64,000 nt of DNA from a virus (Duplodnaviria; Heunggongvirae; Uroviricota; Caudoviricetes), in IMG/VR virus record IMGVR_UViG_3300001798_000005; one strand, given 5' to 3'. Under the pieces are notes generated by a model, which was not told the DNA's origin, did not search any database, and saw nothing but the letters and a program-made list of their open reading frames with translations. Below are positions 55,125-64,000 of this stretch, one piece after another. A program made the translations under genes and the position numbers. Every line of letters starts with the position of its first letter. The stretch's first letter is position 1.

Positions 55125-55477
55125 AGATAATCGTTTGTGGCGGCAGAAATTACACCGATAAGTCTTTTGTCTTTGAGTGCCTGGATGAGCTGAACGCGAC
55201 AGGATTTATTGATCAGATCATTAATGGCGGAGCCAATGGCGCTGACGCCTGGGCCGAACTATGGGCAAAAGAACGGGGCAAGGATTGTGTCACTATCCCG
55301 GCCAATTGGCTAAAATTTGGCAACCAAGCCGGGCCAATCAGAAACGCGCAAATGATCCAAATGAAGCCGGATCTCGTGGTGGCGTTCCCAGGGGGTAAGG
55401 GCACGGCCAACATGGCCCGGCAGGCAGTCTCGGCAGGTATAGAAGTCTGGAAAATGGAAAGGGATAAAAGTGACTGA
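55121..55477 (+). CDS. DUF2493/YspA SLOG-family protein
   Basis: IIVCGGRNY; GGANGAD..A..WA; AGPIRNAQM; AFPGGKGT.NM. Confidence 0.9.
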   Translation: MKIIVCGGRNYTDKSFVFECLDELNATGFIDQIINGGANGADAWAELWAKERGKDCVTIPANWLKFGNQAGPIRNAQMIQMKPDLVVAFPGGKGTANMARQAVSAGIEVWKMERDKSD

Positions 55478-55603
55478 ACCTTACAATTCCCATAAAGCTG
55501 GTAAAGATTTGGCCGCCAAGGTTAGGCCCTTATTCCGGGCGGGCCTTCTTGGCAGCCATGGAATCTTTCCCGGCTACAAGAATTATCTTTTGGTTCGATA
55601 ACT

Positions 55604-55670
55604 GATAATCCTCATACAATTCCATAAATCGTTTTAGTATAATAACCATATACCAGACAACAGAGGAACG
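55604..55670 (+). promoter_or_regulatory. Repeated promoter/operator, copy C
   Basis: GATAATCCTCATA...TAGTATAAT...ATACCAGA...GAGGAACG. Confidence 0.7.
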
Positions 55671-55674
55671 CTCA

Positions 55675-55836
55675 ATGATTCTTTACGCCGGAACCCTGCA
55701 CCAAACCCCCGCCATCAGCTCTACTGATGCCCAACCGTGCCCGCACTGCGAAGGTTCCGGGGTCATCTGGGGCGGGGAAGATGACCTGACCTGCCTGGAC
55801 TGTGATGGCTTGGGCCATCGGGTGGTGGAGCTGTGA
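55675..55836 (+). CDS. 53-aa DnaJ-type Zn-finger protein (not in ORF track)
   Basis: CPHCEGSG...CLDCDGLG. Confidence 0.6.
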   Translation: MILYAGTLHQTPAISSTDAQPCPHCEGSGVIWGGEDDLTCLDCDGLGHRVVEL

Positions 55837-56123
55837 AGGTCGTAATTTCTGAATGTCATGGGGGCTTTGGGTTGTCTGAGGCCGCCCAGATGTGGATCGC
55901 GGAAAAGGGATTGAACCCTGATGCCCTCTTGGCCCAGTGGACCGCTGGGGAGCTGCGGGGGCTCCAGGTCCTAGTTGATTGCGTGGAAGCCCTTGGGGAG
56001 CGGGTCAACACCTCTTTCTCAAAGCTCTCCGTGATAGAGATCCCCGAGGGGGTGGATTTTGAGATACTGGATTACGACGGCTGGGAGTGGGTGGCGGAAC
56101 GCCATCGGCGGTGGCCTGGATGA
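55833..56123 (+). CDS. Conserved phage hypothetical protein
   Basis: MKVVI..CHGGFGLS...IEIP.GV..EI..YDG.EWVAE.HR.W. Confidence 0.7.
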   Translation: MKVVISECHGGFGLSEAAQMWIAEKGLNPDALLAQWTAGELRGLQVLVDCVEALGERVNTSFSKLSVIEIPEGVDFEILDYDGWEWVAERHRRWPG

Positions 56124-56199
56124 CTTGGTTTGAGGCTTTTCTCTGGACCCTTGCTGGGATCTGGATTGCAGAAAATTTAACAAAAAGAAAGGAAACAAA

Positions 56200-56481
56200 A
56201 TGCAAACAATGAGTTTTGAAATTCCCCTCGGGAGTGACGTTCAGGATGTCGTGACCGGCTTTAAGGGGCGGATTGATTCGGTTTGCCTGTGTCTAAATGG
56301 CTGCATCCGCTACAGTGTGACGCCGATGGTCAAAGATGGCGGCATCGGGGAGGGCTATTGGTTTGACTCCCAGAGGATCGAACTCCTCGGACCAGGCATT
56401 AACGCCACCAAGCCCCAAGAGCAAACGGGGACCGGTGGGCCGATGACACGGAGCCTAATGGAAAAATCAGCCCGGGGGTGA
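56200..56481 (+). CDS. Conserved phage hypothetical protein
   Basis: D.VTGFKG...L.GC..Y.V.P. Confidence 0.65.
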   Translation: MQTMSFEIPLGSDVQDVVTGFKGRIDSVCLCLNGCIRYSVTPMVKDGGIGEGYWFDSQRIELLGPGINATKPQEQTGTGGPMTRSLMEKSARG

Positions 56482-56487
56482 GAATAT

Positions 56488-56557
56488 GATAATACTCATA
56501 GAACTCCCTTATGGATTCTGGTATTATAATTGTATACCAGAAAGGGAAAGAGGAACG
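56488..56557 (+). promoter_or_regulatory. Repeated promoter/operator, copy B
   Basis: GATAATACTCATA followed by the 44-bp block identical to copy A. Confidence 0.8.
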
Positions 56558-56561
56558 CCCA

Positions 56562-56867
56562 GTGAACGCCATCGAAACTGCCCAAGCCATCATCGCCAAA
56601 GCCCAAGCCACCCTGGCAGATCCCAGTGCTGAACGCGCCAAAGGCGAGGCTTATGTGGACGCCTTGGCGGCTTCGGGAAATCAAGTCAACCAAGCCCTGG
56701 CGGCTGGGCTTGACCGGCACCACAGCGCCAATATCATCGCCCAAACGGATTTTGAATTTGATCGCCGGGACGCCTTCGGGCCTAAAGGAACCGTTCAAGA
56801 TAGCCGAGAAAACCGCATTGAAGCGGCTGACCTCTTGGACGCCTTCGAAGAGGAAATGGGCTGGTAA
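56562..56867 (+). CDS. Hypothetical protein
   Basis: GTG start after motif copy B. Confidence 0.55.
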   Translation: MNAIETAQAIIAKAQATLADPSAERAKGEAYVDALAASGNQVNQALAAGLDRHHSANIIAQTDFEFDRRDAFGPKGTVQDSRENRIEAADLLDAFEEEMGW

Positions 56868-56967
56868 AAAAATAAATATACCGATCGGTAGATTAATTTC
56901 TACCATAATAGAAGTATAAACTATGCCATAAGTATATACTATTGAGTTAATATGTAAAGGGGAAGTC

Positions 56968-57342
56968 ATGCCAAAAAACAACCCAGAGCCCAGGACGGCG
57001 CACATCTTCTCAATTCCGGATCGTGAATTTCAAGCCCTCAAGAGCTTGGCCGCCCAGGCGGGGGTTTCGATTGCTCAATACTGTGAGGACCTAATCATGC
57101 TCAATCCCGATATTGAGATTGAGAGAAAAGAAAAGTGCAAAAACAGAAATATCAACATGTCGGCCACCACCTGGGCGCGGCTCAAAGAGCGGGGAGACCA
57201 ACTTGGAGTTTCGGCTTGCTCGGTCCTGAGGGGGTTAATCGGCCCAGCGGCCTTGGTGGATGTCAGATTCATGCAGAATGGTATTCATGTTGTGGCCTCC
57301 CCGATGGTCAAGAAGGTGGTCTATAACGCCCCAGGGGGGTAG
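56968..57342 (+). CDS. Tandem ribbon-helix-helix DNA-binding protein
   Basis: Two RHH-like units: HIFSIPDREFQALKSLA..AGVSI and NINMSATTWARLK.RG..LGVS. Confidence 0.6.
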   Translation: MPKNNPEPRTAHIFSIPDREFQALKSLAAQAGVSIAQYCEDLIMLNPDIEIERKEKCKNRNINMSATTWARLKERGDQLGVSACSVLRGLIGPAALVDVRFMQNGIHVVASPMVKKVVYNAPGG

Positions 57343-57536
57343 ATAAAGTCACCTGGAAGGCGAACCTAGACCCCTTAACTGGACCTCAGAAACCATTGCG
57401 CGGGCTCCCGCTCCCCCAAATGACACCAGGATACAAGCCAGACATTTGGATGATGGGGGAAGCTTATCCTTCTTTGGAATAATTTTATTTACACAATACC
57501 CCTTAGCGAGCGCCAATAGGCGCTCTTTCCTTTTGT

Positions 57537-57599
57537 GATAATCCTCATAGAAATATTGATCAAAACTATGGTATAATATCCTCATACCAGAAAGAAAAG
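57537..57599 (+). promoter_or_regulatory. Repeated promoter/operator, copy D
   Basis: GATAATCCTCATA...TGGTATAAT-ATCCTCATACCAGAAAG. Confidence 0.7.
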
Positions 57600-58107
57600 T
57601 TTATCAGTGCCCCTGAAAGGAGCCTACCGATGCCTACCCCAACTCAACTCTGCCGCCTTAAAGGTCACTTAAAGGAACAATTCCTTCAGGCTCCAATCAC
57701 GGTCATCACCGGAGAGGCAAGCGAGGCTTTCCCTCACCGGTGGGTGGCGGAACGTTATCCTGCTTCAATTTGCTTAACCTGGCAGGCCAAAGTAGATTAT
57801 TGCCAAGAATGCTTTATTGAGCTTCCCGCCTAAAGCGGCTCAGCCGCACCCCTGCGTGCCTCGCAACAAGCGGGGCACTTTAGGTTTTCACCCTTTCGGG
57901 CTGGCCACTCCTTGGCGGCTGAGTTGTAGTGTTCGTCCCAGTGGGTCGGGATCACACCTGAGGGGTTGGCTCTGGTCTTTTGACGATTGCCGCCCTGACC
58001 GTCCAGTTGGTCCTCGGCTGATGCCTCCATCTTGCGGGTCTGTTGGGTCTTGATGTGTCGAGTATTCCAGTGGTGACAAACCCGAGGGTTGCGACGGGTA
58101 CGGCTCA

Positions 58108-58434
58108 TCAATCCCACCAGTGGTTGCCGAGTCGGGCCACCATTTGCCAGATCCGATCCCAGTGGTATTTTTCCAGTTTTTCAGAATTTTCATACTGGGC
58201 ACGCGCCAGTAACGCTTCACCGAAGCGCTTTTCAATCTTCCAGCCGTCAGGATCTTTAATACAATCCAGCTCCACCACTCCTGTACACAGCCACGGTGAA
58301 TTCTGGTATCGATCAATATGGGTCCTCATTATGGCGATCTGTTCCGCCCTTTTGGCCCCATCGAGCCTGTAGCCGTCCTGGACCGAGGCCTCTAGACGTT
58401 TCAGCTTAAAAGACATTATAGGCAAAATTGCCAA
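58108..58434 (-). CDS. Hypothetical protein
   Basis: 108-aa ORF. Confidence 0.5.
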   Translation of the reverse strand: MAILPIMSFKLKRLEASVQDGYRLDGAKRAEQIAIMRTHIDRYQNSPWLCTGVVELDCIKDPDGWKIEKRFGEALLARAQYENSEKLEKYHWDRIWQMVARLGNHWWD

Positions 58435-58501
58435 AAAGTCAAAGTCATTATCTCACCAGATAATCGGTAGCCAATCCCAGGTTCGGCTTCTCTAATTCTC
58501 T

Positions 58502-58915
58502 TCATCTCCTGACCCACCCACGCGGTACAGGGCGGCCCTCTGATCTAAAGTAATAGGGTTGGACCCCCAATATTGAAATCATGTGCCTTAATGCCTCGCT
58601 GGGGGTATGGAAAAATCTCTTTACGTTCTGGAAGACCAGAATATTCCGATCCCGATAGTGTTTTCTTGCTTTTGGATCCCGATAGCCTCTTTTGACCTGG
58701 AGGCGTTTTGTGCGGATCTGATCGACGTCGAGGTATTCGATTTTGAAATCAAAGCCACTCCCGTCCTCAATAGAACCCATACGGGACCGCCGATAACGGA
58801 TCAGATAGTCCCGATCCTGAGCCCGTCCCAGGAGGGCCTCCACGAAGTGCTCAGCCGCCAGGCCGAGCTGGCTAATGGGATCGTCGTAATTATGTTTAGT
58901 TTTGGTTTTCTTCAA
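58502..58915 (-). CDS. PD-(D/E)XK nuclease-like protein
   Basis: G..AE..V; D..GFDF; LQVK. Confidence 0.55.
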   Translation of the reverse strand: MKKTKTKHNYDDPISQLGLAAEHFVEALLGRAQDRDYLIRYRRSRMGSIEDGSGFDFKIEYLDVDQIRTKRLQVKRGYRDPKARKHYRDRNILVFQNVKRFFHTPSEALRHMISILGVQPYYFRSEGRPVPRGWVRR

Positions 58916-59069
58916 TGACCCATAACCTCGGGAAGCCGTCTATGAGGAGTTTCTGACCTTCAGAATCCCACCAGAGGGAGAAGGTAAAGAACTCTATTAC
59001 TTCTGTAACTGTTTTTTGCATCATGTGGATATTTTATTATTTTTCTGAAATTTACGCAAGATGACCCAG

Positions 59070-59219
59070 CTACTGCCGGGCCATCTGCTCAATTTTTTCC
59101 TTATTGGCTTTGATCCATGCGTGTGCCTCGCGGGACATCCGGTGGCCGTAGATGACCTTCACCTCCTCTGGTGGCTTGGGTGGGCGGCCACGAGGGCGCT
59201 TGGGGGTTGAGTCAGGCAT
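59070..59219 (-). CDS. 49-aa AT-hook/BrnA-like DNA-binding protein (not in ORF track)
   Basis: MPDSTPKRPRGRPPKPPEEVKVIYGHRMSREAHAWIKANKEKIEQMARQ. Confidence 0.55.
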   Translation of the reverse strand: MPDSTPKRPRGRPPKPPEEVKVIYGHRMSREAHAWIKANKEKIEQMARQ

Positions 59220-59574
59220 CGCGCTCAACCTCTATGCTAAGGCTCTCGCATAGGGCTAGTAGCTTTCTGGGCGGGGTATCCCCCTTCTTATTCCGCTCTG
59301 CTAGCGTGGCCAGTACCAGTTTTTTAAAAGCCTCTTTGCAGAGCACAGTTGATCTCCTGTATGTCAGTATGCCTGTGGACGGGCAATAGTCAATGTCTCT
59401 GACTAGAGGATCAGCTTCTAGATGAGAGGTCTGTGGGGGCTGGTATCCGAAGCCAACCAACCATTCAGCGTGGGTTATTTTGACAGAATCAAAATGGTAT
59501 GACTCTCCGACACGCACAGCTTCATATATACAGCCAGCTCTGTGTTGGCCCCTCTTGATGGCCTTTTTGCTCAT
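59212..59574 (-). CDS. Hypothetical protein
   Basis: 120-aa ORF. Confidence 0.55.
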   Translation of the reverse strand: MSKKAIKRGQHRAGCIYEAVRVGESYHFDSVKITHAEWLVGFGYQPPQTSHLEADPLVRDIDYCPSTGILTYRRSTVLCKEAFKKLVLATLAERNKKGDTPPRKLLALCESLSIEVERDA

Positions 59575-59705
59575 TGGGTTACGTCCTTTCTGGCGGGATT
59601 GCCCGCAGCTCTTGGGTATGTAAGTATTATCGTCGAGACGGGAAAGAAATGCAATAGTTTTTTGTCGTTACGTTTAATATTTCTTAAATTTTTGTTCTGT
59701 AAGAT

Positions 59706-60029
59706 CTATTTAGACAGGGGGAAGAAATAGGAAGCACGTGCTCTTGTCTGGACTTGTATTTTTTGCTCATCGATTAATTGATTAATCAAGCTATTTCGTT
59801 GGCTCTTATTTAGCCATTGAGTCTTTCTAGTTAGATCCATTTTGTAAATTCCACAATTATCTGAAATTATTTTATAAATTTTATCTTTCTCACTGTGCCG
59901 AGTTGGCTTAAACTCCCCCCTGGTGGTTATTATTTCAATTATTTTATCCAGCTTCTCCTCCAGGGTGGTTATTTTGCTTAAAATGAAGTCAACAGTATCC
60001 ATATATGGCAATCTCCTTTGATAATTCAA
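59706..60029 (-). CDS. Winged-helix protein paralogous to the primase-helicase C-terminus
   Basis: DLTRKTQWLNKSQRNSLINQLIDEQKIQ vs ALTRKTQNLNKRRRTEILNDLVESHQIQ. Confidence 0.7.
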   Translation of the reverse strand: MNYQRRLPYMDTVDFILSKITTLEEKLDKIIEIITTRGEFKPTRHSEKDKIYKIISDNCGIYKMDLTRKTQWLNKSQRNSLINQLIDEQKIQVQTRARASYFFPLSK

Positions 60030-60336
60030 GTATTATAATTGATTTTTTTGATTTTGTAATTCATGAAGTGTATTATTAAGAAAAATATACAACTACAATT
60101 GTAGCAATATACATGTGTAATAATATATATATAATATTAATATATATATTATTAATATTATATATAGTATAGATCATCTAGTACACTTCATCAACTTCAC
60201 GCTTCAACCCCGGTACTGTCTCAGATACCGGGGTATGGATTTTTGGCTTGAAGCGTGAAGTGTGGGGTTGAAAACTTGTGGGTGATTGACTTTCAGCGAT
60301 ATTGAAATCTGACTGAAACGGGCTGAAGCGTGAAGC

Positions 60337-62532
60337 CTAAACTGGCTGGAAGATCCGCCAAATAGACGTCTTGCCATCATTATCGCATTGGATCTGGTGA
60401 GATTCAACCAGGTCATTCAGAATTTCGGTCCGGCGTCTTTTATTCAAATTTTGGGTTTTTCTCGTCAGGGCGGCCTGGGTGATTCCCTGATGGGCCTCGA
60501 TGATCCGCAATACTTTTTTCAGCTCGCCCTCGGTTTCGTTGTCGCTGACGTGTTGGCTCACCATGGCCGCCATCCGGTCCGCTGACATCAGGGCGACGTC
60601 ATTTGCCCAGCTGATTAGGTCTTTTGTGATTACGCCATCCCAGGAGGCCGTGAGGGCGATTTTAGCCGAATGCTCAAAGGATCTCGACCAACACCCCTCC
60701 AGACCTGACTTGAGACGGATTTCTTCCGCCTGTCTGGCCCGGCAGGCGATCATGAAGTCATCCCAAGCCTTCTGGGCCTCTGGGGTCATGAGGATCACTT
60801 GAGGCCGGATGGCTGGTTTGCCCAGACTACTGAGGTCTATCGCGACATGACCGCCCCTCGGGTGGGCATTGGTCGGCATCGCAGCCAGCTCCTTGATGGC
60901 GGATACGATCCCCTCTGGGGGTTCCCCGATCCCCTGGCGGCAATGGGGGACGAGTTCAAAGCCTTTTTCTTCAAAATAGAGCCACCGGGCCATAAAGCCA
61001 TCGCTGGACTCTGAACTCGACAGGGCCTCATGGATGTGTTGCGGCACAGAAGTTGCATGAACGTTGAGGCACGGCTGGTCGATATCGGTTCTTCCACGCT
61101 TGCCGTCGGCGTTCCCGTACTCGGTTCCGGCGTAAATCTCGTTTGCCTCGCTGAAGAGCTTCAGCATGAGGGTAGTGATCCCCGCCTGGGGACCGGCGTT
61201 TTTTCCCGACATGTGCTTCAGGGTCCGGCCAAACTCGTCCAATTGCAAAAACGCCCGCCCGTTCCGTTCCGCCAAGGTCTTGAGCAATCCGGCCCCCGAG
61301 GCGGGGTCTCCCCCGATCAGGCCCGTCAGACCGGCCTCAATCAGAAGAATATTGGCGCATTTTCGATTGTGGTCCTTTCCGGCCCCCGAGGCCGCCATCC
61401 CGAGAGTATAAAGGTTGGTCCTGAGGTCTGATTCGGTCGCGACCCGATGAGCCCGAACGGCTCCCAGCATCGGTAGAGCTGCCGCCATGGCGAGTTCGGC
61501 CGACGGCCATGGGGCTCGGTCCATCATCCACCGCACGATATCGCCCAACAACCCCGGTGCCCGCAGGAGGAGGTCATTTTGGACAATAGGGACTTCTACC
61601 CTTGGGAGTATATTCCCCCCTGGGATGATACAGCCCCGATCTACCGGTGGGGGGGCGGGCTTGACCCAGCCATTTTCATAAGCCCAATAGAAGATCGATT
61701 CAATTTTCTTTTCATTTCTCTTAAAGGATTTCCACTTGCCCGGCTGACGCTTTTCCTGATACTTCAGACTGCTACGGCTCCACTGGTCCCAGAGGGGGAA
61801 CCCCTGATCGCCCAGGTGGGTCTTGAGCGCCATCCCGACCTCGATCCAAGTATTGTAGTCATCCGCTGGAATACAGGACAGAGCGGACTCGATCTCCTGA
61901 TCTGAGGTCCAACTGTAGTCTTGCTGGATCGCGTATGCCGCAGCGGGCTTGAAGCGCCGAAAAATATCGTCAACCCTTTCGCAAAAGTCAACCGGCAGTT
62001 GGGGAATTTTCTCAAAATCAACAGTCGTGAGGTCTTCCTCGGTGAGCCAGCGGTATTCTGCCCCGCAGGGGTGGACCGTCGGGGGGAGGACGGTCTGACG
62101 GCCATCTGAGAGGAGTTCAACCACCATATCGCCATGGAGTTTCCACTGGTGGGTTTCCTCCCCGGAATGGAGGTAAAAGGCCGTGAAGCCCTTTTCGCCC
62201 ATCTTCTTTACTGGCGAATCCGGCACCATGGCCTGAATCTCTGCGTGGATGCCTTCGGCGTCAAAGTCATAATCCAAGGCCACCAGACACCCCAGCGGCC
62301 CGAGGGTCATCCCGATCCCGGCGTCGGGCCATTTCTCCCAGGCTTCGATCTCAGACGGACTAGCGAGCCGGTGGCTGTAGTGCTTGGTCCACTCCCGCAT
62401 CTTGCCCCAACGGTATTGCTGGATCTCGGGATCAAAGTAGTAGCTCCCTGGAGCTTTCGTCCCTGGACAGATCGGGATAACGGGGAGGTCCTTTTCAACG
62501 TACCGGCGGGCGACTTGGGCGAATTTTGACAT
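60337..62532 (-). CDS. Primase-polymerase/helicase (repeat copy)
   Basis: Identical to 322-2517. Confidence 0.9.
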   Translation of the reverse strand: MSKFAQVARRYVEKDLPVIPICPGTKAPGSYYFDPEIQQYRWGKMREWTKHYSHRLASPSEIEAWEKWPDAGIGMTLGPLGCLVALDYDFDAEGIHAEIQAMVPDSPVKKMGEKGFTAFYLHSGEETHQWKLHGDMVVELLSDGRQTVLPPTVHPCGAEYRWLTEEDLTTVDFEKIPQLPVDFCERVDDIFRRFKPAAAYAIQQDYSWTSDQEIESALSCIPADDYNTWIEVGMALKTHLGDQGFPLWDQWSRSSLKYQEKRQPGKWKSFKRNEKKIESIFYWAYENGWVKPAPPPVDRGCIIPGGNILPRVEVPIVQNDLLLRAPGLLGDIVRWMMDRAPWPSAELAMAAALPMLGAVRAHRVATESDLRTNLYTLGMAASGAGKDHNRKCANILLIEAGLTGLIGGDPASGAGLLKTLAERNGRAFLQLDEFGRTLKHMSGKNAGPQAGITTLMLKLFSEANEIYAGTEYGNADGKRGRTDIDQPCLNVHATSVPQHIHEALSSSESSDGFMARWLYFEEKGFELVPHCRQGIGEPPEGIVSAIKELAAMPTNAHPRGGHVAIDLSSLGKPAIRPQVILMTPEAQKAWDDFMIACRARQAEEIRLKSGLEGCWSRSFEHSAKIALTASWDGVITKDLISWANDVALMSADRMAAMVSQHVSDNETEGELKKVLRIIEAHQGITQAALTRKTQNLNKRRRTEILNDLVESHQIQCDNDGKTSIWRIFQPV

Positions 62533-62698
62533 CAGGCGACCTTTCTCTATATGGGTTTTTGATCGTACTCTATTGAGTCAAAAAGGTCAAAAAACAATCA
62601 TTAAAAAATTCACTTGACCGATCGGATATTCTTTCGTAAGATTTTGGAATCGGAAAGCATCGCTTTTTGATACTTTATGAAAATGAAAAGGAACGCCC

Positions 62699-63526
62699 AT
62701 GCTCGATCTTAAACAGCTCAAGCCAAAAGTAACGCACGATCCCCCCCGGTTGGTCTTCTATGGTCCCCCCGGCAAGGGAAAGACCTACACAGCCGCCCAG
62801 GCGGGCGAGCATATCTTTCTGAATATCAATGATGGCCTCGGGGGCATCCCCCATACGGCTTTCCCGATCCGGGGCGCCGACAAGGGCGATGATATCTTCA
62901 AGACCTACGATGAGATCATCTGGGCCCTGGACGCCATCCTGAATCAGGATCATGACTTTCGGGTCCTGATCATTGATGGTCTCTCTGACCTGGAGGAGCT
63001 CATCCACCGCCAGATCTGCGCCGCCTCGGGGGTGAGTACGATCGCCAAGGCCTGCGGGGGATACGGGAAGGGCTACGTTGAGGCCATGAACTCCTGGAAT
63101 GAGGTCTTGTCCCTCTTGAGCCAGATTCGGCAAAAGCGGAACATGGTCATTGTCCTGTTGGCCCACTCGAATATCAAGTCCTACGCTGACCCGATGGCGG
63201 ACTCCTATGACCGCCATGTCCTAAAGCTCCATGACGCTGCAGCTTTTCGGATCCGAGAATGGGCGGATGCGGTTTTGTTTCTTGATCAGAAGGTCTATAT
63301 TGACAAATCCCAAGAGGGCATGAAGAAAATCGCCAAGGCGAATTCCTTGGGGCTAACGTTTTTCACCTCTGAGAATCCCCGCCATCAGGCTAAAAACCGA
63401 TACGGGCTGCCCTCGGAGATCCCTATGTCGTGGCAGGGGCTCATGGCCGCCATGAGCGAAGCCGCGACAAAAGCGAACACCGTAACAGCAAGCGAGAGAG
63501 AGAACACACACAATGGCACGATTTGA
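62699..63526 (+). CDS. Sak4-like AAA_24 ATPase (repeat copy)
   Basis: Identical to 2684-3511. Confidence 0.88.
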   Translation: MLDLKQLKPKVTHDPPRLVFYGPPGKGKTYTAAQAGEHIFLNINDGLGGIPHTAFPIRGADKGDDIFKTYDEIIWALDAILNQDHDFRVLIIDGLSDLEELIHRQICAASGVSTIAKACGGYGKGYVEAMNSWNEVLSLLSQIRQKRNMVIVLLAHSNIKSYADPMADSYDRHVLKLHDAAAFRIREWADAVLFLDQKVYIDKSQEGMKKIAKANSLGLTFFTSENPRHQAKNRYGLPSEIPMSWQGLMAAMSEAATKANTVTASERENTHNGTI

Positions 63527-63992
63527 ATTTGACGCCACCGGGCAGCCTCAGCGGGAGGAATTCACCATTCTGCCCGACGGGAGCTATTCGGCGGTCTGCA
63601 CGGCCTCCGAGATGGTGGCGAATAAATCCGGTGAAGGTCAACACCTTCTTTTGAAATTCAGCGTCTTTGAAGGCCCCCGAGAGGGCGCTTTCGTTTCGGA
63701 CCGGCTGAATCTCGTCAACCCCAACCCCCAGACGGTCGAGATTGCCTATAAGGTTCTGACTGACCTCCTGCTGGCCATGGAGGGCGTTCGGGGGACCGCC
63801 AAAGTTGAAAATACGGATGACCTAATCGGGCACCCGGTGGTGATCAAAGTCGGGACCAACAAGGCGACTGAGCAGTATGGCCCCTCTAACAAGATCACCA
63901 AGTATTCCCCCTGGGTGGCTGGGTCTGCCCCGCAGCCCGTGGCCGTTGCGGTCGCGGCAGGACCGCCCGCGAAGGCGCCTTGGGAAAAATAG
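63513..63992 (+). CDS. DUF669 SSB (repeat copy)
   Basis: Identical to 3498-3977. Confidence 0.8.
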   Translation: MARFEFDATGQPQREEFTILPDGSYSAVCTASEMVANKSGEGQHLLLKFSVFEGPREGAFVSDRLNLVNPNPQTVEIAYKVLTDLLLAMEGVRGTAKVENTDDLIGHPVVIKVGTNKATEQYGPSNKITKYSPWVAGSAPQPVAVAVAAGPPAKAPWEK

Positions 63993-64000
63993 CGCAACAG

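Larger units (their letters stand above)
60016..64000. repeat. Direct repeat copy 2 of 1-3985
   Basis: Identical sequence and ORFs at offset 60015. Confidence 0.98.

Noticed and set aside
60016-64000. Biological long terminal repeat
   Set aside because: Both window edges fall inside the repeat, so circular wrap-around or concatemer cannot be distinguished from a terminal repeat
1-64000. Diversity-generating retroelement, retron or integrase
   Set aside because: No reverse transcriptase or recombinase motifs, and no TR/VR repeat pair near the tail fibre gene

Overview
The window holds one apparently complete, circular (or concatemeric) tailed-phage genome of 60,015 bp; positions 60016-64000 repeat 1-3985. 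It is a siphovirus with a lambda-like tail tip (gpM/L/K/I/J), tape measure, tube, Mu-gp29-like portal, Terminase_6-type terminase and XkdF-type protease, so the host is probably Gram-negative. Replication and recombination genes include a primase-polymerase/helicase, Sak4-like ATPase, SSB, Cas4-like exonuclease and Pif1 and SF2 helicases. I recognised no DNA polymerase, integrase or CI-like repressor. The most notable observations are: (1) a 78-nt tmRNA tRNA-like domain with G3-U70 and no mRNA-like domain (4291-4368), preceded by about 290 nt of dense RNA structure; (2) an Acb1 (anti-CBASS) 2H-phosphoesterase embedded in the prohead protease between a ChaB-like and an XkdF domain; (3) an unannotated 49-aa stand-alone ClpX zinc-binding domain; (4) a Tlde1/YkuD-like enzyme in the endolysin position; (5) two glycosyltransferase-like genes inside the head-tail module; (6) a T5 A1 homologue, a decapitated IS1595 with a cargo gene, a second structured ncRNA candidate and a four-copy promoter/operator motif. 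All protein family calls come from motif recognition by eye; no database searches were run.
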